Assembly: GCA_045536015.1 (NCBI GenBank)
Contig: JAZSMS010000111.1
Location: forward strand, 1 to 41,770
Length of the DNA: 41,770 nt
Direction of reading: 5' to 3'
Source of the DNA: Clostridia bacterium
GTDB lineage: Bacteria > Bacillota > Clostridia > Christensenellales > QALW01
Under the pieces are notes generated by a model. The model saw nothing but the letters and a program-made list of their open reading frames with translations, was not told where the DNA came from and ran no database searches. Below are positions 16,930 to 27,847 of the stretch, piece after piece (within the stretch, counting starts at the first letter, position 1; each line of letters begins with the position of its first letter). Made by a program: the position numbers and the translations under genes.

Positions 16930-17991
16930 ATGAGCTTAGAATTACTTGAAGCAATAAAAATGCTTGAAAAAGAAAAGGGAATGGATGCTGAGTCGCTTTT
17001 TGAGGCTGTTGAGCTTGCGATGGTTTCGGCATATAAAAAAGCACGTCCTTGGGGTGATGCGGCTACTATCGTTGCGCATATGAACAGAGAAACCGGAGAG
17101 GTTCGTTGCTATATTGTTAAAACAGTAGTAGAAGAGGTTTACGATAACCTTTTAGAAATTTCACTTGAGGATGCACAAGAAATTAATCCCAATGCGCAAA
17201 TTGACGATACCGTTGAGGTTGATGATACACCAGAATCTTACGGAAGAATCGGTGCGCAGACTGCACGTCAGGTTATAACACAAAGAATCAGAGAGGCGGA
17301 AAAAGGTCAGACGTACAGTGAGTATGCCGACAAGCAGGGTGAAATTATGACGGGCGTAGTTCAGAGAATAGAAAACGGCTACGTTTATTTGGAGCTTGGC
17401 AAGCTTGAGGGCGTTATGCCTCCCAAGGAGCAGCCCGCAGGCGAAAAGTACGCACCCGGTCAGCGCATTAAGGTTTACGTTTCTGATGTAAAAAAGGTTC
17501 AGTACGGTACAAACATTATCGTTTCGCGTACTCATCCCCAGCTTATCAAGCGTCTTTTCGAGCTTGAGGTTCCCGAAATTGCTCAGGGTACGGTTGTTAT
17601 TAAGTCGATTGCGCGTGATGCAGGCTCAAGAACAAAAATTGCCGTTTACAGCGAAGACGAAAACGTTGATCCGCTCGGCGCATGCGTTGGACCTAAGGGA
17701 ACGCGCGTTGCAAACATTGTTGGAGAAATAAACGACGAAAAAATCGATATAATTAAATGGAGCGAGGATCCTGTTACCTATATAGCAAACGCGCTTAGTC
17801 CTTCAAAGGTTATAATGGTGCGTATTGATTCTGATGGCGAAAAGAAAAAGGCTACCGCAGTAGTTCCTGATAATCAGCTTTCGCTTGCTATCGGTAAAAG
17901 AGGACAAAACGCTTCGCTTACTGCGCGCTTAACGGCTTGGAATATTGATATTAAATCAGAAAGTCAGGTTGGAGAAGCCGCAAATGACTAA
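16930..17991 (+). CDS. nusA: Transcription termination/antitermination factor NusA
   Basis: N-terminal 'LEAIKMLEKEKGMD', an S1 segment 'GEIMTGVVQRIENGYVYLELG' and KH repeats 'DPLGACVGPKGTRV' and 'LAIGKRGQNASL'. Confidence 0.95.
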   Translation: MSLELLEAIKMLEKEKGMDAESLFEAVELAMVSAYKKARPWGDAATIVAHMNRETGEVRCYIVKTVVEEVYDNLLEISLEDAQEINPNAQIDDTVEVDDTPESYGRIGAQTARQVITQRIREAEKGQTYSEYADKQGEIMTGVVQRIENGYVYLELGKLEGVMPPKEQPAGEKYAPGQRIKVYVSDVKKVQYGTNIIVSRTHPQLIKRLFELEVPEIAQGTVVIKSIARDAGSRTKIAVYSEDENVDPLGACVGPKGTRVANIVGEINDEKIDIIKWSEDPVTYIANALSPSKVIMVRIDSDGEKKKATAVVPDNQLSLAIGKRGQNASLTARLTAWNIDIKSESQVGEAAND

Positions 17992-18250
17992 AACCAAAAA
18001 AACGCCTATGCGTATGTGTGTCGGCTGCCGAGAAATGAAGCCCAAGCAAGAGCTTATAAGGGTGCTTCGCACTCCTGAGGGCGAAATTAAGGCAGACGCT
18101 TCTAACAAGGCATCGGGTAGGGGCGCGTATATTTGCCCTAATGCCGATTGTTTAAAAAAGAGCATTAAAACAAACGCCTTATCGCGTTCGCTTGACGTGC
18201 CGATTGGTCAAGAAATATATGATCGTCTTGAAAAGGAAATAAATGGATAA
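17984..18250 (+). CDS. ylxR: YlxR/RnpM family (DUF448) RNA-binding protein
   Basis: 'PMRMCVGCREMKPKQELIRV' and 'GRGAYICP' motifs. Start set at the ATG overlapping the nusA stop (ATGACTAA) rather than the tracked upstream ATG at 17945. Confidence 0.85.
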   Translation: MTKTKKTPMRMCVGCREMKPKQELIRVLRTPEGEIKADASNKASGRGAYICPNADCLKKSIKTNALSRSLDVPIGQEIYDRLEKEING

Positions 18251-18578
18251 AATACAAGCAAATGCAAAAATAAAAGCATATTTGGGCTTTGCGGCAAAAA
18301 CGCGAAGCATTGCTTCGGGCGCCGATGCAGTTGAGCAAGCAATTCGCGCAGGCAAGGCAAAGCTTGTGCTGATTTGCAGCCAGGCATCCAGCGCTACAAT
18401 CGAAAGATTTTCGTTTGCATCAAGCACGCATTCAGTTAAATGTGTGTTAATAGAAGACGAGGCTTTAGGGCAGGCAATAGGCAAGCCCGAGAGGAAAATA
18501 GTTTGTATTTTGGATAATAAATTTGCAACTGCAATAATTAACGAGATAAACCTTATTGATTTGGGGGACAAAAAATGA
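18243..18578 (+). CDS. ylxQ: L7Ae-family ribosomal-protein-like K-turn binding protein YlxQ
   Basis: 111 aa, with '[31 protein letters not shown]' typical of L7Ae/YlxQ. It holds the conserved slot between ylxR and infB. Overlapping stop/start codons on both sides. Confidence 0.8.
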   Translation: MDKIQANAKIKAYLGFAAKTRSIASGADAVEQAIRAGKAKLVLICSQASSATIERFSFASSTHSVKCVLIEDEALGQAIGKPERKIVCILDNKFATAIINEINLIDLGDKK

Positions 18579-21109
18579 GTAAAGCATCAGAAATTTATAC
18601 CTCAGGCAGAGAAATGCTTGAAAAAATTTCAAAGGTAAGCAAGAGCTTGGAGGAGCAAAAAGCATCGCTTAAAAAATTAAGTGACGAAATTGCTCAAAAA
18701 GAGCTTGCACAAAAACAAGAGCAGCAAAGAAAAGAGCAGGAACAGGCTAGACTTGAGTACGAGAAAAAACGTGCTGAGGAGGCTGCTGCCGAAATAGCTG
18801 CATTAGAGGCTGAAGAGAAAAAGGCTGCAAAAACACAGGAAAAACCCGCAAACGTGCAGGAAAAGCCTGTGGAAAAAGCACAGCCTGATGAAAAAACACA
18901 GACTGCCCAAAAGACCGAGCAAACCAAAAAGCAGGGTGAGCAGAGAGATAAAAAATCTCCCGAAGAGCGCGGCTTCCGCAGACCTAACAGTACGTATCAG
19001 AATTCGCGCAAGGATACTTACGAAAACCGTCAGAATGACAGAAGACAGCCTCAGGGTGATAGAAAACAACCTGCTCAACAACAAAACCAGGGCGAAAGAA
19101 AGCAACAAACACGTCCTCAAAGAGTCCCCGAGGTTGATATTCCTACGGGAGAAAAGGGCCACGTAAGCAATTACGATCCTAATAAAAAGAATTACCGCAA
19201 AAAGCAGGAAGCAGAGCAAACGCCCAAGAATAACCGTAAAGAAAATTCGCGTCGCAACAATAACGTTGCTATTGACGAGGATGAATTCTTCCGCGTACGC
19301 AAGCCCAAGAATAAGAAGGAGCCTAAAAAGGTTATTGAGCCTATCGTTATCGAAAATGCCGTTATGACAACCGAGATGATAGGTATTAAGGATCTTTCCG
19401 AAAAGCTTGGTAAGCCTGCGGCAGATATCGTTAAAAAGCTTTTCTTAATGGGCGTAATGGCTACCGTTAACCAGGAGATCGACTACGAAACCGCATTTAT
19501 GGTAGCAAGTGAATACGGTATCGAGCTTGAACAAAAGCTTGCAAAGACGTTTGAGGATACGCTTATCGACGTTTCGGATGATTCGGACCAAAGCGGCGAA
19601 GACTACGTAACGCGTCCCCCCGTTGTTACCGTTATGGGTCACGTTGACCACGGTAAAACTTCGTTGCTTGACGCTATTCGTCATGCAAACGTTACTATGG
19701 GCGAAGCAGGCGGAATTACACAGCACATTGGTGCATACCAGGTAGAATATAATAAAAAGAAAATTACGTTTATTGATACCCCCGGCCACGAAGCGTTTAC
19801 TTCGATGCGTGCACGCGGTGCGCAGTCAACCGATATTGCAATATTGGTTGTTGCAGCCGACGACGGTGTTATGCCCCAGACTATCGAGGCTATAAACCAC
19901 GCAAAAGCCGCCGAGGTTCCGATAATCGTTGCAATAAACAAAATGGATAAGCCCACGGCAGACCCCGACAGAGTTAAAACCGAGCTTACTCAGCACGGCA
20001 TCGTGCCTGAAGAATGGGGCGGCGATAATATGATCGTTCCCGTTTCGGCATATACCAAAGAGGGTATTGATTCGCTTCTTGAAAGCATTTTACTTATTGC
20101 CGAGGTCGAAGATTATAAGGCAAATCCCAAAACAATGGCAAAGGGTATTATTATTGAGGCAAAGCTTGATAAGGGCCGCGGTCCCGTTGCTTCGGTATTA
20201 ATTCAGAATGGTACGCTTCATATCGGTGATACTATAGTTGCAGGTACCGTTTTTGGTAGAGTTCGCGCTATGATGAACGATAAGGGCGAACGCTTAAAGG
20301 AAGCTCCTCCGTCAACGCCGGTTGAGGTGCTTGGCTTTAACGACGTTCCCGATGCAGGCGATAAGCTCTATGCAACCGAGGACGACCGTCTTTCGCGACA
20401 GGTTGCCGAGGAACGTCAGGCAAAAATTAAGGCAGAGCAGGCAAAGGCAAGAGCAAAGGCATCACTTGACGATTTGTTTGCGCAAATTCAGGAAGGCGAA
20501 ATGAAACAGCTTAACCTTATTATCAAGGCTGACGTTCAAGGCAGCGTTGAGGCTGTTAAGCAGGCTATGGAAAAGCTTTCCAATGAAGAGGTTAAGGTTG
20601 TAGTCGTTCACGGTGCAGTTGGTGCTATTGCTAACTCCGACGTTGTTTTAGCGCAGGCTTCAAACGCTATTATTATCGGCTTTAACGTTCGCCCCGATTC
20701 AACAGCGAGAGCACTTGCCGAAAAAGAAAAGATTGATATCCGCCTCTACCGCGTTATTTATAATGCTATTGAAGAGATAGAAGCGGCTATGAAGGGTATG
20801 CTTGCGCCTGAATTCAGAGAAGCACTTTTAGGTCACGCACAGGTTCGTCAGACCTTTAAGGTTCCCGGTCACGGCACCGTTGCGGGCTGCTACGTTACTG
20901 ACGGTAAAATTACACGCTCGTGCAAGTTAAGACTTCTTCGTGACAATATTGTTATTCACGAGGGCGAGGTTGATTCGCTTCGACGCTTTAAAGATGACGT
21001 TAAAGAGGTTGCAACCGGTTACGAATGCGGTATCGGCATCGTTGGCTATAACGATATTAAAGAAAACGACGTTATTGAAGCGTTTATTATGGAAGAAATA
21101 GCAAGATAA
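18575..21109 (+). CDS. infB: Translation initiation factor IF-2
   Basis: Low-complexity K/E/Q-rich N-terminus, then the GTPase motifs '[14 protein letters not shown]', 'DTPGHEAF' and 'NKMD', followed by C-terminal IF-2 domains. Confidence 0.97.
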   Translation: MSKASEIYTSGREMLEKISKVSKSLEEQKASLKKLSDEIAQKELAQKQEQQRKEQEQARLEYEKKRAEEAAAEIAALEAEEKKAAKTQEKPANVQEKPVEKAQPDEKTQTAQKTEQTKKQGEQRDKKSPEERGFRRPNSTYQNSRKDTYENRQNDRRQPQGDRKQPAQQQNQGERKQQTRPQRVPEVDIPTGEKGHVSNYDPNKKNYRKKQEAEQTPKNNRKENSRRNNNVAIDEDEFFRVRKPKNKKEPKKVIEPIVIENAVMTTEMIGIKDLSEKLGKPAADIVKKLFLMGVMATVNQEIDYETAFMVASEYGIELEQKLAKTFEDTLIDVSDDSDQSGEDYVTRPPVVTVMGHVDHGKTSLLDAIRHANVTMGEAGGITQHIGAYQVEYNKKKITFIDTPGHEAFTSMRARGAQSTDIAILVVAADDGVMPQTIEAINHAKAAEVPIIVAINKMDKPTADPDRVKTELTQHGIVPEEWGGDNMIVPVSAYTKEGIDSLLESILLIAEVEDYKANPKTMAKGIIIEAKLDKGRGPVASVLIQNGTLHIGDTIVAGTVFGRVRAMMNDKGERLKEAPPSTPVEVLGFNDVPDAGDKLYATEDDRLSRQVAEERQAKIKAEQAKARAKASLDDLFAQIQEGEMKQLNLIIKADVQGSVEAVKQAMEKLSNEEVKVVVVHGAVGAIANSDVVLAQASNAIIIGFNVRPDSTARALAEKEKIDIRLYRVIYNAIEEIEAAMKGMLAPEFREALLGHAQVRQTFKVPGHGTVAGCYVTDGKITRSCKLRLLRDNIVIHEGEVDSLRRFKDDVKEVATGYECGIGIVGYNDIKENDVIEAFIMEEIAR

Positions 21110-21118
21110 GGAGATTTT

Positions 21119-21472
21119 ATGCAATATAAACGTTCTGACAGACTTGCGCTTGAAATTCAGCGCACGCTTGCAGATATTATCCGCAATGAGCTTAACGACC
21201 CAAGGATAAGCAGTCTTGCAAGCATAATTAAGGTAGAACTTTCTAATGATCTGCAGTATTGTAAGGTTTATGTAACGGTGTACGGCACAGATGAAGAGGT
21301 TAAAAATACCTTTGAAGGCTTAGAAAAGGCAAAGGGCTTTATTAAGCGCTTGTTGTTTGAAAAAATAAAACTTCGTAAGGCACCCGAGCTTACGTTTGTA
21401 AAGGACGATTCGATAGCCTATAGCGTACACATAAGTGAAATTCTTAATAAAATTAACGAGGAAGAAAAATGA
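21119..21472 (+). CDS. rbfA: Ribosome-binding factor A
   Basis: 117 aa, with 'RSDRLALEIQRTLADIIRNELNDPR' and 'APELTFVKDDS' typical of RbfA. SD AGGAG is present. Confidence 0.9.
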   Translation: MQYKRSDRLALEIQRTLADIIRNELNDPRISSLASIIKVELSNDLQYCKVYVTVYGTDEEVKNTFEGLEKAKGFIKRLLFEKIKLRKAPELTFVKDDSIAYSVHISEILNKINEEEK

Positions 21473-22410
21473 AGAAGTTAGTCGAATTTATCAAGCAAGG
21501 AAACGCCTTTGCCATCATTTCGCATACTTCACCCGACGGCGACACTATGGGAAGTGCCGCCGCACTTATTTATGCTCTGCATAAGCTGGGCAAAAAGGCA
21601 AAATGGCTTTGTGACGGCGAAATTCCGCATGATTTTATGAATTTAGAGCAGATAGCCTCGCTTGTTAAAAAGAATGATTTAAAAAAGTATGACAGTATTA
21701 TCTGTGTTGATGCCGCCGACAAGGACAGGCTTGGCAAAAATAAGCAGATGATTGAAAACTTTCCGCGCGTTGCGCAGATTGACCACCACGTAAGCAACAC
21801 TAATTATGCTTCTATAAACGTTGTGCGCGACCGTAATGCCTGCGCATTTGCGGTTTTAGAGCTTATAGACGCACTTGAAGTAGAGGTAGACACCGATATT
21901 GCGCGTGCTTTATATGTTGGTATTTGTACTGATACGGGAAGACTTTCTTACAGCACAACCGTAGAGCAGGACGTGCTTGATACTGCAAGATTGTATAAAT
22001 ATAACCTTAGACCTGATTTAATTGTTGCAACACTTTTTAAAACAAAAACTCTTGCCGCAACAAAGCTTTCGGGCAGAGCAATAGAACATCTTGCAACCGC
22101 TTTTGACGGCAAGGTTGCCTATACTTATCTTGACAGTGAAGATTTTTCTGCCTGCAATGCAACTAATGCCGACTCGGAAGGCATAATCGAAACCTGCCGT
22201 AACGTTGAAGGTGCGCTTATAGCGTTTTTTATCCGTCAGACGTTTGATGGATACAAGGTTTCTATGCGCGGAACACCGGGATACAGTGTGCTTGAAATCT
22301 GCCAAAAATTTTCCGGCGGCGGTCACGTGCTTGCGGCGGGATGCACAATAGATAAAAAGCGTGACGACGTTATAAAAGCCGTGCTTGAGGAGATAGAAAA
22401 GATAATATGA
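21469..22410 (+). CDS. nrnA: DHH-family phosphoesterase, NrnA-type oligoribonuclease/pAp phosphatase
   Basis: Motifs 'HTSPDGDTMGS', 'DAADKDR', 'QIDHHVSN' and DHHA1 'GGGHVLAAG'. ATGA overlap with rbfA. Confidence 0.85.
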   Translation: MKKLVEFIKQGNAFAIISHTSPDGDTMGSAAALIYALHKLGKKAKWLCDGEIPHDFMNLEQIASLVKKNDLKKYDSIICVDAADKDRLGKNKQMIENFPRVAQIDHHVSNTNYASINVVRDRNACAFAVLELIDALEVEVDTDIARALYVGICTDTGRLSYSTTVEQDVLDTARLYKYNLRPDLIVATLFKTKTLAATKLSGRAIEHLATAFDGKVAYTYLDSEDFSACNATNADSEGIIETCRNVEGALIAFFIRQTFDGYKVSMRGTPGYSVLEICQKFSGGGHVLAAGCTIDKKRDDVIKAVLEEIEKII

Positions 22411-23285
22411 CAGAGGGCGTTATAAACGTTTATAAAGAGGCGGGCTGGACAAGTAATGACGTTGTTTGCAAGCTAAAGGGTGTGCTTCATCAAAAGCGGA
22501 TAGGCCACGCGGGCACACTTGACCCCGATGCCTGCGGTGTTTTGCCCGTTTGCGTTGGCAGGGCAACAAAGCTTTTTGACTATCTAACCACGCGCAAAAA
22601 AACGTATGTTGCAACGATTTTTTTCGGTGCAGTTACCGATACGCAGGATGCAAGCGGTAACGTTTTAGAGCAAAGCGGCGCTTGTCCAAGCGACAAAGAA
22701 CTTGAAGAAGTTTTAAGTGAATTTTTGGGAAAAATAAAGCAAATTCCGCCAATGTATTCGGCAATAAAAAAGAATGGAAAAAAGCTTTACGAGCTTGCCC
22801 GCGCAGGTGAAGAAATCGAGCGTGAAGCACGCGAGGTAGAAATTTTAGATATAAAAGTGCTTTCGCCTATTAAAGAAAATGCGTGCAAAATAAGTGTTAC
22901 CTGCTCTAAAGGCACGTATATCCGTACGCTTTGTCACGATATAGGTCAAAGGCTTAACTGCGGCGCGTATATGCTTGACTTATTGCGCGTTAATGCGGCG
23001 GGTTTTGCACTTGAAAACGCGCTTACAATTTCGCAGATTGAAAAGCTTGTCGGCAATAACGATTTTTCGTTTGTTGTGCCGATAGAAAAGGCAATAGAGT
23101 TTTATCCACGAATAGATATCGATGAAAGCTGCTTAAAGAAAATAGAAAACGGCAATAAGGTAGAGAAAAAATTTGCGTCAAGTGATTTTTGCGGCTATGC
23201 GCGCATTTACTGTGATGGTAAATTTTTTGGTATTGGCGAAGAAAAAGATGCTTTAATAAGCATAAAATGCAGGCTTGGAGAATAA
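22407..23285 (+). CDS. truB: tRNA pseudouridine(55) synthase TruB
   Basis: 'GVINVYKEAGWTSNDVV' and the catalytic motif 'GHAGTLDPDACGVLPVCVGRATK'. Confidence 0.92.
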   Translation: MTEGVINVYKEAGWTSNDVVCKLKGVLHQKRIGHAGTLDPDACGVLPVCVGRATKLFDYLTTRKKTYVATIFFGAVTDTQDASGNVLEQSGACPSDKELEEVLSEFLGKIKQIPPMYSAIKKNGKKLYELARAGEEIEREAREVEILDIKVLSPIKENACKISVTCSKGTYIRTLCHDIGQRLNCGAYMLDLLRVNAAGFALENALTISQIEKLVGNNDFSFVVPIEKAIEFYPRIDIDESCLKKIENGNKVEKKFASSDFCGYARIYCDGKFFGIGEEKDALISIKCRLGE

Positions 23286-23288
23286 AAA

Positions 23289-24155
23289 ATGAACGTTTTG
23301 GTTCTTGGTACATTTGACGGTGTCCATCTTGGACATCAGTTTTTGCTTGAATATGCGCTTGGCAGAGGAAACGTAATAGCGTGCTCGTTTTTACTGCCGC
23401 CTGCTACGGTCAAAGGTAAGGCAAAGGCACTTACTACGGCAGAAGAAAAAACGGCACTTTTAAAAAAGTACGGCGCAAACGAGGTATTTTTGCAGGATTT
23501 TTCTTCGGTTTGCTCGCTTAGTGCAGAAGAATATCTCGAAAACTTATGCAAAAGATTTTCGCCAAAGCAAATAGTTGTGGGCGTAGACCACAGATTTGGC
23601 AAAAATGCGCTAGGCAATGCAAAAACTTTAATAAAAAACGAAGAAAAATATGGATATAAAACGGTAATTGTTCCGCCTAAAACAGATGAAGAAGGCATAA
23701 TAAGCAGCAGCAGTATTCGCGAGCTTATTTCAATGGGCGAGGTAAAAAAAGCCAATAAACGCTTGGGGCATACGTATTATATTTCAGGTGAGGTTGTTGG
23801 TGGAAAAGGGATTGGTAAAACCTTTGCTTTTCCTACTGCAAATGTTTTGCCCGATAAAGAAAAGCTTCTGCTTAAAAACGGCGTGTATGCTACAAAAACG
23901 CTTGTTGACGGCAAGCTTTATAACAGTATGACAAATATTGGCTTTAACCCCACCGTTTCGGGCGAAAAGCTTACGGTAGAAACGAATATATTTAATCTTT
24001 CTAAAGATATTTACGGCAAAAAGATAAAGATATATTTCTATTCTTTTGTACGCGATGACAAGAGGTTTGAAAACGTTTCGGAATTAAAAAAACAGCTTGA
24101 AAACGATGCGCTTTTAATAAACGCCTACTTAAACCAAAGCAATAAAATGAGATAA
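23289..24155 (+). CDS. ribF: Bifunctional riboflavin kinase / FMN adenylyltransferase
   Basis: 'VLGTFDGVHLGHQ' in the N-terminal FAD synthetase part and 'GKGIGKTFAFPTAN' in the C-terminal riboflavin kinase part. Confidence 0.9.
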   Translation: MNVLVLGTFDGVHLGHQFLLEYALGRGNVIACSFLLPPATVKGKAKALTTAEEKTALLKKYGANEVFLQDFSSVCSLSAEEYLENLCKRFSPKQIVVGVDHRFGKNALGNAKTLIKNEEKYGYKTVIVPPKTDEEGIISSSSIRELISMGEVKKANKRLGHTYYISGEVVGGKGIGKTFAFPTANVLPDKEKLLLKNGVYATKTLVDGKLYNSMTNIGFNPTVSGEKLTVETNIFNLSKDIYGKKIKIYFYSFVRDDKRFENVSELKKQLENDALLINAYLNQSNKMR

Positions 24156-24163
24156 AAAAGGAC

Positions 24164-24194
24164 AACAGCCGACGAAATTTTCGTCGGCTGTTTA
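24164..24194 (+). terminator. Rho-independent terminator after ribF
   Basis: Stem cagccgacg/cgtcggctg (24166-24174 / 24182-24190) followed by TTTAT. Confidence 0.75.
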
Positions 24195-24230
24195 TATATA
24201 GTATATTACTCATATGTCTGTATATACATA

Positions 24231-24259
24231 TTGACACAAGACGTTTTTTGTTGTATAAT
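24231..24259 (+). promoter_or_regulatory. Consensus sigma-A promoter for rny
   Basis: TTGACA, 17-nt spacer, TATAAT (both hexamers perfect), about 85 nt upstream of the rny ATG. Confidence 0.7.
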
Positions 24260-24344
24260 AAAACTCGGTATTGGTATTTTCAATTTGTTTGTTTACATAT
24301 CTAAAATTCCTGATGCTTAAAAACTAAAATAAGGAGGTGCTTTT

Positions 24345-25886
24345 ATGGATTGGATATGGTACGCAGTTGCTGCCGCAGGCTCTCTTGCAATCGGCTTGGC
24401 TGTCGGCAACGTGCTTCAAAAAAAATCAACTCAATCAAAAATCGGCCGTGCTGAAGAAGTTGCAACGCGGCTTATAGAAGATGCAAAAACCAGAGCAGAG
24501 GTTTTATCAAAAGAAAAAATTTCAGAGGCTAAAGACGAGGTTCACAGACTTCGCAGTGAATGCGAAAGCGACTGCCGTGAACGCAGGGCAGAGGTTACAA
24601 AATTAGAAAAAAGATTGCTGCAAAGAGAGGAGCAGATAGACAGAAAACTTACTTCGCTTGAAGAAAAGGAAGAGAGATTTTCTAAAAAAGAAAAAAAATT
24701 AGACGAAGAACTTGCAGCTGCCGAGGAGCTTAACCGTCGCAGATTAGCAGAGCTTGAAAAAGTAAGTGCATTGACGGCAGAGGAGGCAAAGCAAGAACTT
24801 ATCGAGTCAGTTGAGCACGAGGCACGCCACGATGCTGCTATTTTAGTGCGCGATATCGAGGCACAGGCTAAGAGCGAGGGAGAAAAGATAGCACGCAATA
24901 TCATAACGCTTGCTATTCAGCGTTGCGCCGCTGACCACGTTGCCGAAACAACCGTTTCGGTAGTTGCCCTTCCAAATGATGAAATGAAGGGTAGAATAAT
25001 CGGTAGAGAGGGCCGTAATATCAAGGCTATCGAAACAGCTACCGGTGTTGAGCTTATAATTGACGATACCCCCGAAGCAGTTATTCTTTCAAGTTTTGAT
25101 CCTATCAGGCGCGAGATTGCACGCGTTGCGCTTGAAAGACTTATTGTTGACGGAAGAATTCATCCTACACGTATTGAGGATATGGTAGAAAAGGCTCGCA
25201 AAGAAGTTGAGCAGACTATCAAAGAAGCAGGTGAGGCCGCAGTATTTGATTCTGGAATACATAATATTCATCCTGAACTTGTTAAAATTCTCGGTCGCTT
25301 AAAATACCGTACAAGCTATGGGCAAAACGTGCTTAAGCATTCGCTTGAGGTTTCATTCTTGGCAGGTATTATAGCAGGCGAGGTAGGTGCAAACGTTGCT
25401 CTTGCAAAGCGCGCAGGCTTGTTGCACGATATTGGTAAAGCGGTTGACCACGAGGTTGAGGGAACGCATATTCAGATAGGTGTTGAGCTTGCTAAAAAAT
25501 ATCGCGAAAATGCAGAGGTTGTTCACTGCATAGCCGCACACCATAACGATGTTGAGCCGCAAACGGTTGAGGCTGTCATTGTTCAGGCGGCAGATGCTAT
25601 TTCGGGTGCAAGACCCGGTGCAAGAAGAGAAACGCTTGAGGCTTACGTTAAGCGCCTTGAACAACTTGAAGAAATTGCAAATTCGTTTAACGGTGTTGAA
25701 AAGTCGTTTGCAGTTCAGGCAGGCCGCGAGGTTAGAATTATAGTTAAGCCCGAGGTAGTTTCGGAAGAAGCTACTGTTCTGATGGCAAAGGAGATAGCAA
25801 AACGTATCGAAACCGATATGATTTATCCCGGTCAGATAAAGGTAAACGTTGTGCGTGAAACACGTCAGGTAGAATACGCAAAATAA
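24345..25886 (+). CDS. rny: Ribonuclease Y
   Basis: N-terminal TM anchor, a coiled-coil region, KH '[17 protein letters not shown]' and an HD domain '[12 protein letters not shown]...AAHH'. Confidence 0.95.
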   Translation: MDWIWYAVAAAGSLAIGLAVGNVLQKKSTQSKIGRAEEVATRLIEDAKTRAEVLSKEKISEAKDEVHRLRSECESDCRERRAEVTKLEKRLLQREEQIDRKLTSLEEKEERFSKKEKKLDEELAAAEELNRRRLAELEKVSALTAEEAKQELIESVEHEARHDAAILVRDIEAQAKSEGEKIARNIITLAIQRCAADHVAETTVSVVALPNDEMKGRIIGREGRNIKAIETATGVELIIDDTPEAVILSSFDPIRREIARVALERLIVDGRIHPTRIEDMVEKARKEVEQTIKEAGEAAVFDSGIHNIHPELVKILGRLKYRTSYGQNVLKHSLEVSFLAGIIAGEVGANVALAKRAGLLHDIGKAVDHEVEGTHIQIGVELAKKYRENAEVVHCIAAHHNDVEPQTVEAVIVQAADAISGARPGARRETLEAYVKRLEQLEEIANSFNGVEKSFAVQAGREVRIIVKPEVVSEEATVLMAKEIAKRIETDMIYPGQIKVNVVRETRQVEYAK

Positions 25887-25895
25887 ACAATTTAG

Positions 25896-25951
25896 GGTTG
25901 TCGGATTTGCTATGCAATAAAAGCTAAGGTAGATTACGGCAACCTTTTTTT
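25896..25951 (+). terminator. Putative terminator after rny with an unusually large, internally structured loop
   Basis: Outer stem ggttgtcg/cggcaacc (25896-25903 / 25937-25944, one G-U pair) followed by T7. The 33-nt loop contains a mini-hairpin ttgc-tat-gcaa. Confidence 0.45.
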
Positions 25952-25957
25952 ATTAAA

Positions 25958-27847
25958 ATGGTACTTATTGATATTAATAACGCACTTGTTGCGTTTGGCG
26001 AAAACGAAATAATTAAAAACGTAACCCTTCAGATAAAAAAGGGTGAACGTATTGGTATAACCGGCGAAAACGGCGCAGGAAAAAGTACGCTGTTTAAGGC
26101 AATAGTCGGCATTAACGAGCTTTCGGAGGGGAGTATATCTCTTGCCAAAGGGCTTAGAATAGGCTACCTTGAGCAGCAACACAATATGCAAGGCACCGAA
26201 ACGGTTTTAGACGAGGCTAAAAAGAGCTTTTTACCCTTATTTAAAGCGCAGGAGAAAATGCAAAGCATTCAGGAAGAAATGGCAAATCAAGACGCCGACT
26301 TAGCGCTGCTTGGCGAAAAGTATGAGCAACAGTCGTTAATTTTTGAATCGCTTGGAGGTTATTCGTGGGAAAGCCGCCTTGCAGGCGTACTAAAAGGGCT
26401 TGGACTTACCGAAGAATTCTGGGATAAAAGCGTTTGCAATTTATCGGGCGGCGAAAAAACGCGGCTTGCCCTTGCAAAAATGCTTTTAGAGGAAAACGAC
26501 GTTTTATTGCTTGACGAGCCTACAAACCATTTAGATCTTGCGGCGGCACAGTGGCTTACTGATTACCTTGCGCGTTTTTCGGGCACTGTTATGCTTATTT
26601 CGCACGACAGATATATGCTTGATAAGCTTTGTACTTCCGTTGCGCAAATTGACGATAAAACGCTTTCGGTTTACAAAGGAAATTATACTGATTTTTGTCG
26701 AAAATATGATGCCGAGCGTGCCGCAAAGCAAAGCTTGTACGAAAAACAACAGGACGAAATCAAGCGTCAAAAGGCGATTATTGCGCGATACCGAAGCTTT
26801 AACAGAGAAAAATCTATCCGCGCCGCAGAAAGCAGAGAAAAGGTTCTTGCAAAAATGGAGCTTGTTTCTATGCCTACCGAGCATCAGGATATGCGCCTTA
26901 AGTTTGAAAAACGGCGCGAAAGCGGAAACGACGTTTTTAAGATAGAAAACCTTTCAAAAACGTTTGGCGAAAAAGTGTTGTTTAAAAATTTTTCGGCAGA
27001 AGTAAAAAAAGGACAAAAAATAGCCATAATAGGAGCAAACGGTTGTGGTAAAACTACGCTTATGGAAATTATTGCAGCGCATAAGATGCAAACAAGCGGC
27101 ACTATTTTAAAGGGCGTTAACGTTGACCTTGGCTATTACGAGCAGACAAACCGCGACTTTATGCAAAGCGAAACCGTTATGGATATGGTCTGGCGCGGAG
27201 ATAGAAATTTAAATCAAACGCAAATTCGCTCGCGCTGTGCGGCAATGCTGTTTTTCGGCGAAGACGTTTTTAAAGAGGGTAATTTGCTCTCCGGCGGAGA
27301 AAGAGCAAGGTGTGCTCTTTGTTCGCTTTCGCTTAAAGGCGCAAACACGCTGTTGCTTGATGAGCCTACAAACCATCTTGATATGGACTCGCGCGAGATT
27401 TTAGAAGATGCGCTTGAAGAATTTTCCGGTACGGTTATTGCTGTCTCGCACGACAGATATTTTATAAACCGCATTTTTGATACGCTTTGGATAGTTGAAA
27501 ACGGGACAGTTAAAGTTTTTTCGGGCAAGTATGATGATTATCTTGCGCTTTTGCGCGCAGAGGAAAAACCGAGTGCGGAAGAACCCGAGATAAACAAAAC
27601 GCGCGCGGCAAAGCAAGCTGCAAAGGAAAGACAAAAGCGCGACGAGGCAAAAAAGGCAAAGATTAAGGCTAAAGAGCTTGAAAAGCTTATTGAAGATCTT
27701 GAAGCAAAAAAGGCAGAGCTTGAGCAAGATTTTGCCAACCCCGAAATTTATTTAAATACAGAAATAATGCTTAAAAAGCAAGAAGAATACAATGCCATTA
27801 TATCAAAGCTTGACGAGCTTATGGAAAAGTGGCTGGAGGTAACGTGA
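25958..27847 (+). CDS. ABC-F family ATPase (two NBDs, no TMD; translation-factor type)
   Basis: Two Walker A sites 'GENGAGKST' and 'GANGCGKTT', two signatures 'LSGGEKTR' and 'LSGGERAR', an inter-domain linker and a C-terminal K/E coiled coil. No obvious SD before the ATG. Confidence 0.88.
   Translation: MVLIDINNALVAFGENEIIKNVTLQIKKGERIGITGENGAGKSTLFKAIVGINELSEGSISLAKGLRIGYLEQQHNMQGTETVLDEAKKSFLPLFKAQEKMQSIQEEMANQDADLALLGEKYEQQSLIFESLGGYSWESRLAGVLKGLGLTEEFWDKSVCNLSGGEKTRLALAKMLLEENDVLLLDEPTNHLDLAAAQWLTDYLARFSGTVMLISHDRYMLDKLCTSVAQIDDKTLSVYKGNYTDFCRKYDAERAAKQSLYEKQQDEIKRQKAIIARYRSFNREKSIRAAESREKVLAKMELVSMPTEHQDMRLKFEKRRESGNDVFKIENLSKTFGEKVLFKNFSAEVKKGQKIAIIGANGCGKTTLMEIIAAHKMQTSGTILKGVNVDLGYYEQTNRDFMQSETVMDMVWRGDRNLNQTQIRSRCAAMLFFGEDVFKEGNLLSGGERARCALCSLSLKGANTLLLDEPTNHLDMDSREILEDALEEFSGTVIAVSHDRYFINRIFDTLWIVENGTVKVFSGKYDDYLALLRAEEKPSAEEPEINKTRAAKQAAKERQKRDEAKKAKIKAKELEKLIEDLEAKKAELEQDFANPEIYLNTEIMLKKQEEYNAIISKLDELMEKWLEVT

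Noticed and set aside
18179-18571. 130-aa minus-strand ORF overlapping ylxQ
   Set aside because: The plus-strand frame has L7Ae-family similarity, conserved operon position and coupled start/stop codons. The antisense frame has none of these.
18694-19219. Antisense and alternate-frame ORFs (77, 138 and 92 aa) in the infB 5' region, which might be a repeat or low-complexity element
   Set aside because: The region encodes the typical K/E/Q-rich disordered N-terminus of IF-2. Purine-rich coding keeps the other frames open. I saw no exact nucleotide tandem repeats.
23336-24904. Long antisense ORFs opposite ribF (139 aa) and the rny coiled coil (120 aa)
   Set aside because: They are shadow frames of well-supported genes. 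The rny one mirrors the Glu/Lys/Ala coiled-coil codons.
25958-27847. Possibility that the ABC-F protein is an antibiotic-resistance (ARE) ribosome-protection factor
   Set aside because: There is no leader peptide or attenuator of the type that controls ARE ABC-F genes. The gene sits in a housekeeping context, and the subfamily cannot be assigned by eye.
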